Source: Owenia fusiformis
Lineage: Eukaryota
Reading direction: 5' to 3'
Assembly: GCA_903813345.2 (NCBI GenBank)
Contig: CAIIXF020000001.1
Location: forward strand, 8,308,001 to 8,372,000
Length of the DNA stretch: 64,000 bases
Shown: positions 37,701-49,700 of the stretch, piece after piece
Layout: each line of letters opens with the position of its first letter
Position numbering within the stretch: the stretch's first letter is position 1
Made by a program: the position numbers and the translations under genes
The notes under the pieces: model-generated
Database searches by the model: none
Told to the model about the DNA's origin: nothing
What the model saw: only the letters and a program-made list of their open reading frames with translations

Positions 37701-40700
37701 GCATATGCAGTGTTTGTTTTCAAGAGGAATAGACCGGAGGTCACGTAAAGGTTAGGGTTGTTTTTGAGAAATGATTACCACAAAAATGTTTGAGGTTGTC
37801 TCGATTTCTCTTAAAAGATATTTCACGGCGGTCATGTTTATGTTTTATCGCTATCAAACACAGAACTAGGTAAAATATGTAAATTGGACTTCTTATATTC
37901 AGTTGGTTATATAAAATGGATCAACTTGTTTTATTATAGTAGGATATTTCATAGAATTTATTACACTTTTCTCAGTTAGTTGCAAGAGATTATAATATGC
38001 AGGAAGGTATTTATTGGGATAATTTAATTTTACCACATTTGATGTACATTTTGTTATGGGAAATTGAGGTTTTAATTTGTACTAGTTAACTTTTGTACTT
38101 GATTTGATATTCTTTATTTATTTCCTCCATTTATGTGTTGTTTACCATGTGATGTTTTAATGCTAATGTTTCAGTGTCAGTATTGAAAAACATTGGATCC
38201 ATAAAAGCTGAATTTTCAGATTGCTAGTATGATAGTTGAAATGGCCTCATTGAAGAAAATGATGTTTTCCATATTGTAGACAAAACATATTCAACAATGC
38301 ATGTATAATCAGAAATATTACATCAGTGTCATTGATCGGCAATATAGGGGAGTGCCTCCTGCTTGAATGTGACTGATACGAAAACAACATATTTTTTTAA
38401 TATGTACTTCAAACACTATAACATACAGTACTTTTATGGGAAATAGGTACATCTCTTGATTAGTATATTCTAATCTATTAGATCTATTTTAGTTGCTGGG
38501 GGAAATTGAGGTGAAATGATGATGCCATAACATTCAATCTCTTGCATAATACATGGCTTATGTTCAATAATCTATGCAATTCAGCGTTCTAGCCAGGAAT
38601 TAGGCAGAAAAATTCTATCGGGATATTGGTAGTTGTTGATAAAAGGCTCACTTCCCTACAATAAAATTTTGTCTTAGCAAGCAGGAAACATAAGTCCATT
38701 TCCCTTATATGATAAACCAAATACACCTAATATGTGAAAGTTATCCTTGAGGGATAGAGAAGCCATCAATCTTTTACTGTCTGTTTTCTGTTCATTCATT
38801 TGATAACTCAAATACTGATTGACAGATTTAGTTTAGGCATTGGACCATTCTTAATAGTGTGTTACAGCTACCCTAAAGTGACAATGTTACAACCCTTTTT
38901 ACTGTATTACAGTCATTTTTAACTGTATGCTACACCCATTCTTGACTGTATGACATAGCATTTTTACTGTATGTTACAGCCATCATAACTATGTTACATC
39001 CATTTAATAAATTTATGTTACATCCATTCTTACTGTATGTTACGTTCATTCTTACTGTATGTTACAGTCCTTCTTACTATATGTTACAGTCATTCTTACT
39101 GTATATTATAACCATTCTTACTGTATGTTACAGCCATCTTAACTATGTTACATACATTTAATAAATTTATGTTTATTTTTTTAACTATGTTACAGCCATT
39201 CTTACTGTGTGTTACAGCCATTCTTACTGTATGTTACAGCTATTCCCATCTGTATGTAACAGCCATTCTTACTGCATGTTACAGATATTCCCATCTGTAT
39301 GTTACTTCCATTCTTACTGTATGTTACATTCATTCCCATTTGTATGTTACAGCCAATCCCATCTGTATGTCAGTGATTCTTAACTATGTTACATCCACTC
39401 ATTCTGTATGTTACTTCCATTCTTACTGTGTTTTACATCCATTCTTAACTGTATGTTACAGAGCATGTGTGGCAGGTATCAGTGCGTAACAAAGGCCTTG
39501 GGAGCAGTAAGAACCTGGTGGGAACCTACAGACTCTGCCTCACCAATGAACTACTCACCCTTGTCAAACTAAACAATGATAAACCAGAGATCACATTCCA
39601 GGTGAGAAAGGATAAAATATGTGCTCTTTCTAAAGCCAAGCTGCCTGTTAGTTGTTGAAGACAAGATTCATTGAAGATATAGAATATAGAAATTCACTTA
39701 TATTGAATATTGAAGTCAACTTTTTATTAAGTTAATTTTGAAGGTTTACTGGCAGTTACTAATTCAGAAAGGAAATGCAATTTCAATTATTGTTCAGTTG
39801 TTATTTCACTATGACAGTAAAACCTGTCTAAGTGGAACACTTTTGGTAGTGTTCCACTTGGGAGTTGTTTGACTTATAGAGATTCATTAAGCATTGAGTC
39901 ATTTAGTCATGTGACTCAGAAGTGTTCCACTAATAGAGGTGTTCCACTTCCACTTTACAGGTTTCACTGTATATTGTTTCAGCTGGCTAGTATTCGAAGA
40001 TGTGGTCACACTGATTGTTTCTTCTGTATGGAAGTGGGTAGATCTTCTGCCACAGGACAGGGAGAGCTGTGGATGCAAGTAGAAGATGCTATCATTGCAC
40101 AGAATATGCATGAAGCCATACTCAGGTATGTTTAACTTAAATCATAAAACATGTTATTTGTGTTATCAGTAGTGAAATTATATCCATATAAGGACCAAGG
40201 TACAAGTAAAGTTAAGCATGCTGATGAGATTTAATTGCACTTAAAAAGTGTTATATTGCTGTCACCTTGTGCTGAAATTTTCTAAATATTTCTAATTAAA
40301 ACATGTATTTATTATCACAATTCCAGGAAAACACTTATTTTTAGTCCAAAGTCTGTACAGATGTTAGAGGGTATACGTTTCTACCTTTTTTGTGGCTATA
40401 TTAATTTTTGCGGAAATTTTCAATTGTTTCAATATTTATTATCCCGATTCCAGAAAAATGCACTTATCAGATTTAGGTATCCCACCAAAGGAAATTTGGG
40501 TAGGGATATAAATAAGCCATTTATTCATTTGTCTGTCTGTTCATCTGGGCAATAACTGAAATGCTAGTCCCCTGATATAGTTCATATTTTATAGGTTGAT
40601 ACCTTATTGGCATAGAACTAGATAAAGAATGAATTTCTAATATGGCTGCTCATTTCATAATGGCCACCATTTTCATAAAAATATACTTTTTGATGAATTA

Positions 40701-43700
40701 AATACCAGTTGAAAAATTTGATTCAAATTTTATGTCACATATGACCTCTGCTTAAGTAGTTTTTAAGGTAGCCTCTGAATTCAAAATGGCTGAGTAAGAA
40801 AAAATGTAATTTTTCATTTCTTTAATACCAGTTGAAGAAGTTTGTTCAGATTTTACATTGTGCTGAAAAAGGGATTTTCAAAATGGCTGTATAATTCAAA
40901 ATGGCCACCATTTTTCAAAAGAAATACATGATACCCATTGTCAGATTGCTCCAAATTTCAAAGGCTAATGCGAAAGAATTTCTTGAATGAATACATCATG
41001 GGTGTCAGTTTTGCCTAAAGGAGACTAAAGGAGTACTATTGCCTGGGAACTAGTTCTATCATGTAATGTTCAAAATAACTTGTGAGGGATTTGATAAAGA
41101 TAGGATTTGCTACTCTTGGGAGTTGCTATGTTTTTATGCCTGTTTTTCTCATTTCAGCTCCATGAAGAAGATTGATAAAGAACAGATGCAGATGGCATTG
41201 CCAAAGTTTCGTACCAGAAGTCACAGTTCTGCAACTGACAAGGGGAAACTGAACACTAGTGGCCTTTCAGTGCGCAGTGGAGGGAGCAGTCCTGTGCCTT
41301 ATCTGCCTGACCCAGCACTGGCCCCCAAGAGATCAAAGACCATCAGCGAGGGACAATGTGGAAGGTATGTAGGACAATTTACAATCTACTCTAGTAGCTC
41401 TCACAGGAGAGCCTGAACACCTATTGGTAGATTCATTTTATAAATTGATTTTAATCCTGAGTTGCTTTTCTGCCTCCAAATTAAGGTTACCATGATTGGA
41501 GTTTAGTGTTCCCCCAAGGTTTGAAGCAATTTGTGCTCCAACAAGTTGTGACTTTGAAAATAACCTCCAATCCTGTGGAAAATCTATATGCACCCAGTTG
41601 AAAATGACAATGTTATAACCAGATTTGTACATTTTTACTCTGATTGTCACAACCAATATAATTCACCTAATTTGAAAATGAGCCTGAGTTGGGGAAAAGA
41701 GACATTTTGTGTGTTACATTGACCAGGATTTTATTTACCCATCCTAGAGTGTGACAGTACATAGTAATTCCCAATTGACAGAAAAATCACATTTTCCTGT
41801 TCAATTAATTCAGACAAAGCCACCTGATTTGTAAAATATATAATTTACGATGAACAGCAGGTGAATCCTACAATTTTATTAACAATCTTAGTGTCTAAGA
41901 ATTTCTAAACCTCCTCTAAATCCATGTCATTCATCTTCAAATTCCCGAAGTGGAGTGTGTATATGGATGAATTAAAGAACCTCGATGCAAGACAAAACGG
42001 TCTTCAGAAAAACAGGAAATGACTCTCAAAGCTCATAAATTATCGAGTGAAGTCTACGCAGACCCAGAGGGAATTTCACATACAAATAAACCAATTAATA
42101 TCTGTTCATTATATCAAACCCAGACAATCTGCCAAGTAAGCGCCCAACAGCTAACACTATTATCTCTCTTTTCAATGAATGTCTTGTGTAATATAACTCT
42201 ATATCAATGAAGATTGATGAAATACAGAACAATACATCATCGCACTGAGCTTGTTTTATGAATGAAGGTTCATCACTTTGATAAACATTCATTCATTTTT
42301 GTTGAAAATAGAAAATATGTCTTGTAAATTCATGAATTGTTATTGATGTCATTCTGACAATAAGGATATATAATAACTTATTGTAATTATTATGTTGCAC
42401 AATTTGCACAATCAATTATCTGTAGTTTATTGTTTTTCTCTTTATTATGTTTCTTTTAATTGAACCGATAGTCAGTTTTTAGAATCATATAATATTGATG
42501 TGTTGATAACTTCTACAGGGTGGTCCCAAAAAATTGGAACATTTGATAATTGAACTCAAAATCGTTATTTGTTCTCTAAAATGCACCAACATTTTACTGA
42601 GTATTGTTCAATCACTTATTTATCTGATGTTAAGTTTATAGGTGCAAACAACAAAGTTAATGCATTAAACTAGAGAATGTTTTATATGACCCCTTTTCTC
42701 CTGAATTACAAGTTGAAGCCTGGGACTCAGTTTTGAAATGATTCATTCACATTGCTGTTCGTTAGATTTTGTCCAAACCATCTTGATTAAAACATTCAGC
42801 TTAAATGTTTGCCTTGGAAGATCAAATATATGAACATATTCACCTTTTTTACCCAAATTGATGGGTATCAAGCATATTTTGATGGCTGTTGTTGGATATA
42901 TTACTGATTGAATATTGTCCAGAAAGAGGCCAGGGCAGTCTGTTTTGACTGGTAAATGACCCCCCCCCTCTTGTTCTCATATGAATAATATTCATTGAAT
43001 ATATGTATATCAATATCATTAATGAGTTTCCCAGAACACAAATGATATATTATATTATATGTGCTTAGAGGTGGTCTTTAAATAACTGGTCAGTGTCCCC
43101 TTTACTGAAAAGTGCAGGTGGAAACAATGATTTTGTCAGTTTAGTAGCTGTATGGGTTATGGAATCATTCACCTCTGACATGTTCTTTCTTTCCTACTCT
43201 TAAATAAAAATAATGATTTTAGGTATTCTTAAGTTGACAATAACACAATAGTTTTCCAATAAACCAAAGGTGTTAATACCTCATGTCAACTAAATATGAT
43301 TTTATAAAATGTGTATAGCAATCAACATGTTCATTAAAGCTTTGAAATAAAGAATACTTGAAAAAGTAGCTGTGAAATTGATATATTTAAGAAAATGGGG
43401 TCATATCAAACATCGATTAGTTTAATGCATTAACTTTGTGGTTTGCACCTATAAACTTTACATCAGAGAAATAAGTGACTGAACTCTGCTCAGTAAGATT
43501 TTGGTGCATTTTAGAGGTAAAATAAAGGTTTTGTGTTCAATTAACAAATGTTCCAATTTTTTTTGGACCACCCTGTAGATAACTATGATTTGATAGGTGT
43601 AAACGATGTTCAGCATGTTTGTATTTTGGTACCTATGTTGTTATATAAGTAACATATCCCATTTCAGGCCCAACCCGTTCCTTTATCACCACTTGTATTT

Positions 43701-46700
43701 CAGTATGTTGTGATAGTTCAGCACCCATGTTTAATCCCCAAATCTCTGCACTGTACACAATCAGTGTGTTGTAGTGCAAATTACAGGGTTAACACAACTA
43801 TGGTTAGAAACATGAATTCCAATTTAACATGGGCAACTTGTTTTTCCAAGTTCATTGCCAAGAGTGAAAAATGATTCGCATTGCCATTGACAGTGAGGCA
43901 GCTGTAAGTTTTGAAGCCTGCAGCAAATTCCAACCCCTATAACTCTGCACTGTACATTTCAATATGTCGTGATGGTGCAGATCCCATTAAAGCTCTACAC
44001 TGTATATATGAAAAAAGTTTGTTCTGTTCATTTTAACCTCCCTATTTCAAGACTGTATTAAGTTTGTTGTGATGTTGCACCCCTCATTTCAAGGCCCACA
44101 ACTCCACACTGTTTATGTCAGTAATATGTTGTAATATTACAGCCCCCGACGTCATCGCATTACCCCAAAGTCTAGAGAGACTACTTCAGAGCTGAGACCA
44201 GTGAGCATGTTTTCGAGAGCCCATGGTTCTCACTCCCCCCATAGCCCTGCGGGCAGTCCTCTTGTTAGGTCAGTATAACACTAGGATGCTTGGAGAGACA
44301 TGCATGAGAATCTACAAAACTACATTTTACTTCTGCTTTGCATGTTGACATCTTGGTGGTTTTTGCAGATATCAGCATGCTTTAGTCCATTATTATTTAG
44401 TTAAATGCATATTTGCTTCTTTTGTTTGCATTTCCTATTTAGGTTTAATCATGGAACCGGATTGTTTGTGCCCCATCTTTTCTCACTCAGATATATAGGG
44501 ACACTTAGATATACTTAAATCATCCCTCATCCTCTGCTATTTATGCATGATTACTGAAGAACTCCTTATTCTGTATTATTTATGCATACATGGGTTAAGG
44601 CCACTTAAATCATCACTTTATTAAAAATTCCTCGTCCTATGCTATTTATGCATGATTACTAAAAGAACTCTTCATTCTATATCACTTATGCATTTTGGGG
44701 TAAAGACCGCTTAAAGGAACATTCCTGGCCAAACCTTTTCTATCCTGATGTGATAGCTATAATCATATATACTTTCCATATTTAGCAAAACATAGGGAAA
44801 TGTTTTAATATAGTCAATATTGATAATTTAAAAATGTAGTGCTCATTTCCAGTAAGCTGCCATCTTTTAAGATTTTACTCAGGAAGTGATGTCATCGACT
44901 CTCAACTTTCATGACCTTGCATATAACAGTATAGGAAAATAGCACAATATCACTTCTAGACGAGTGATCCTTACTTTATGCGCAAAAATATGTTCAGAGC
45001 TTGTCAGCTTAGAATAAAAGAAGAGACTTTTAGAAGGATTAAATCATAGACAAAATTGAAAAAGAATATTCAGCTGGTTTTGTAATTCTTAATAGCTCCT
45101 TATAGTGTTATATGCAAAGTTGAGAGTCGATGACATCACTTCCTGAGTGAAATATTAAAAGATGGCAGCCTACTGGAATTCGGCACTACATTTTCAAGTG
45201 ATCAATATTGACCATATCAAAACATTTTCCCCTGTTTTGCTAAATATGGAAAGTATATATATGGTTATAGCTACCATATTAGGAGAAAAATGGTCTTGCC
45301 AGGAATATTCCTTTAAATCATCACTTAATTAAGAACTAACCATTCTATGGTATATATGCATCTAAGAAACTCTTCATTCTATATTATTTATGTATTTATT
45401 GGTAAGGCCACTTCAACCATCACTCAATTAAGAACTCGTCATCCTATGCTATTTATGCATCATTGCTAAAGGAACTTTTCATTCTATATCATTTACTGGT
45501 ATGCATTTTTGGGTAAAGGCCGCTTAAATTATCACTTAATTAAGAACTCCTTGTCCTTATGCTATGCTATTTATGCATCATAACTGAAATTCTTAATTTA
45601 TGCCATGCTAAACATTTTGGCATAATTTAGTTCTAGGCATTTTGAAAAAGCTATTGCCAATATTAGATTTTTGGCCCACCCCGTATATACCAGTGTTGGT
45701 GGTAAACAAATTATAATACACATCAATATATATTTTTATTTAGTCATATCGTTTATGATAATCATTTATCATTAATATTTATAAGATTTATTTTATTTTA
45801 CCTGCACAATACTGGTTGAATTATTTCGGGAAGAGAAAAGTAGTAGTATTTTTATGAGACTCCACTGTTGACCAGGCAAAATTGATGGGATTACTAATAA
45901 TTTTAACAACAAATACAATAAAATGTACATCACTATTGTTTCAGTATAAGAGGATTGGAGGCAGAGCATCGGGCCAGATCTGACAGCATGGACTCAAGGG
46001 GATCTCATGCCTCATCAAGGGGAACTAGTAGTAGTGTTTCGGGGGAGGAGGTCGATGGAGACATTATGCTGAGGTATGGACAAGTGTCAATTCATATTAG
46101 AGTGGCATTTGATGAATGATGCATTCCAGCAAATAATGTAATATATTTGTATGTTTTTGGAAGTTGACCCTGGATATTCAGGTTATGCATGGAAACTCAT
46201 TGAACCCTTTGCTTGTGTTCATTTATATTCAGTTCGTCTAGTACTGTTTCGTGAATGTTTATTACATATCGAATATGATTATGCTTTCAAATGTCTGTCA
46301 TTTCCCTAGTCAGCGGTAATCCACTCTAGTGTCGCTTTAAAAAATGACAGTTGTGCGTCACATAAAAAATTGTTATTTTCGCTGTATTAGCCAAATTTGA
46401 AACAAAATGATCAATCCCTTCCACTCCCTCATTTCTGCATTATATCTGCGCATGCTCGCATATTTAATTAGCAAAATAAATGGCTCCCGACAGCGAATTG
46501 TCAACTCGTGAGTTTTTCAGCTAATTTCTACATTTTTCGAAATGAATTTCGTAATATGCATAGTGTCGAGTGGTAGAATGATGTTTTAGGACACTGAATG
46601 TGTTGTTTTTTTTCGAGGGGTATGCGCAGGAGCTTGAATCTGAAGAAAAGACACCAGGTCGTAACATCCATAATATGAAAATAAAAATGGCTAACATCTG

Positions 46701-49700
46701 TGAAAACGACGGGAAATTGTTGCTGTTTTCCTTGTGCAAACATCATCGCTGAAATGACCTTGAGATGAGGCGGCAATTTTCTGTCGTGTTAGCATGCTAC
46801 GCATCTAGGCTCATATGTGTACATCATTATTTGCGACACTAACAGTTCATGTACCAGGCGACACTTGAGTGGATTACCACGGACTGTTCAAACTGACTTT
46901 TTATTATCTATTAATATAGATTTTTTTTTAGATATTTGACATGTCTATAACTTGATAGCATTTGATATCAAAGAAATTCTCATCCACCTGTGCAAAACTA
47001 TATTATATTATTGTTATTCCAGGTCAATGACCCCAGATATAAACGAAGATAATGAACAGTATTTCCATATGGGATTCCACAAATCAAGCTCAGGTATAAA
47101 AGAAAGTTTAGCAATTTGTAGTTATATGTCACTACTAGAAGTGGTGACATATTGTTTTATTCTCCAACTTTTTGTGGACGGTGTTTGGCAGTGGTGGTGA
47201 CATTTTGCATGTTAATGCCTTAAAGTTTTGTGTACAGTATATTATTACATGTACATGTTATACCATGAATATAAGCTCAACAAAATTTTACCTAGCCATC
47301 CTCCAGCTCAAATATTTGTTTAACCTTTTGGGCACTTGAGTATTAGAAAATCTTGACCATGATATACACATCATTAGCTCTGGAGCAATTACTGAGGAAA
47401 TGCACTGCATTTCTGTCTAATAATTTGTTGACCAGCTCCATGTGAGGTCCCCTGTTCAATTGTATAATTTGTTTTGAACATTGCTGTTGCAGAGAACTCA
47501 ACTGTGAGGTCCCCTGTTCAATTGTATAATTTGTTTTGAATATTGCTGTTGCAGAGAGCTCAACTACTGACACATCATCTATACCTGGTTACATGGATAT
47601 GAGGCCCGTGTCTCAGACTATTCCCACACCTGTACTAAAAGGTCCCGATGACTATATAGACATGTCCCCAGCCTCCACACCCAAGCCTTACATGGAGATG
47701 TCAATGGGCAAAGCTGCAGCTCCAGGTGAAATATTTAATACATTGCATATACATGTAATCAATACTAATTACTAAATATTATTGTACATGTAATATTGGT
47801 ACATGTATTTTATGATCAAAGTATAGACACACTTTATTATTGTAGAAAACATATTTTTGAAAAAGTACTACTTAGGAACTGGACCTTGGAATATACTAAA
47901 TGAAAGGTGATCAAGAGTAGCATTCTGAACCACTCATTGATACACTGTTTGCATCATGGGTTTTATGAGAATATGCATATATATATACTTCCACTTCAAC
48001 AAACTCCGCTTTTCATTACATGTATTTCTTTCTGAATTGTGACCATGTACTGAAAATATGAAAATGAAAGTTGTTTTTTGTAAACATTTAATGTCTTAGT
48101 ACACAAGACAGTGCATTGTTCGTTTGATTCATTTTAGATGCCAAAGAAGGTTACATGGAAATGACTCCTTCTACAACTCCTAAATGTGAGTACATTTTGC
48201 ATTGTAAATTATACAGTAATTAATGTTAAGCATCTATCGATGATATTGGACATGTTGTTTATTCCCAAATGCTTGATCATTTATTGGAGGATTATGCTTC
48301 AGAGGAACACAACACAGTAAAAAGCTATTTTTAGCATTCAAAACTAGATCAGTATATTAACACAACAATCATAAAAACACTCAAAATTTTCAACATCACA
48401 TATTGTGATTTGCTTTAGCTGATACTGGTGCTTATTTCGACATGTCTCCTGGAGTGGCGCCAACTCAGCAGAGTCCTTACTTGGATATGTCTGTGGGAAG
48501 TAGTGCAAGCAACACCCCCTCGAGCCTCATACTTGGCACCTCACCATCTAGACGAGACATCATTTCTGACTCAGGAGGTTATTTTGACATGTCCCCAATG
48601 TCCCACTCTCTGCCAACAGTGTGTGAAAAACCAGGTTAGCATCTGACTAAGACAAGAACATAGATATTATATAATGATAAACTACCTGTTGATATGTCAA
48701 GTCATTTTATCTTAAACGAGTAGAAAAAATAATTCAAAGAGCATTTGAAGTTAAATCTGACTGGTCTAATGATTTGTAGTTGAGTAAAACGATGGAATCA
48801 ATGAGTTTCAATTATTAAATAACCTTTGACCAATGCTATGTATCTTTCAATATATATTCCTTGTTTGCATCTCCAGCGGCTGTCGAAGCAGGGTACATGG
48901 ACATGACTCCAAAGATGGCTCACAAAGACCCTACCATCCCTGAGGTGAGCCGTCCTGACAGAGTAACCAGTTTCCTCGTAGATGATGGAAGTCTCAGTGA
49001 TTTTAGACCAAAGTCATTCTCGGTTGGTAGTCGCCCTTTGAAGAAGATCCACCATCAAACTGCTCCTTATATGGAGGCAATAGCTCAAGAGGGATCATTA
49101 GAGAGAGATAACAAGAGCTCCAGTGCTCCTCACCTTACCCCAGACCAGCAGATGAAATCCCAGAGTAGCTCTTCTATCCCAGCACATGCTTCCTCCATGA
49201 GTGGCATAAGTAGCAGCAGTTCTGGCCTACAGTCCCACTCAAGTAGCATGCAGAGCCATAGGGATATGTCTGATCTCTTCATGGAAATGGAGTTTAACAT
49301 GCGACCAAGAACATCCAGCGATACATGGTCCCAACAACACAGACCACGTACAGGAAGTGATAGCTATGGTCAGCGTCCACGTGCCTCGAGTTTCACTCAG
49401 AAAAATGACCTCAGACCTCGTTCATCGAGCTATGGCCAGAAAAGCACTTGGACAAAACCCCAACGACGCAGGTCGAGAGATTCCAGTATGAGCTCGAACA
49501 TAAGCATGGATTCCCAAGAGTTGCAGTTCTCATTGAATACCTCACATGACTCTATGCCCCATATGGCCTCTTACAGCTCCTCTGAGTCTCTAGGTAAAAC
49601 CTCTACCCCACGATCAACTCACTCCGATTATATTGGTATGGGAGGCCCAACAAGTTCCCCCCGATCTGATTTTTTAAGTGCTACAGGGATAGGTGTATCG

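Noticed and set aside
39145-39489. 114-aa repetitive hydrophobic ORF
   Set aside because: It is a translation of the intronic 21-bp repeat.
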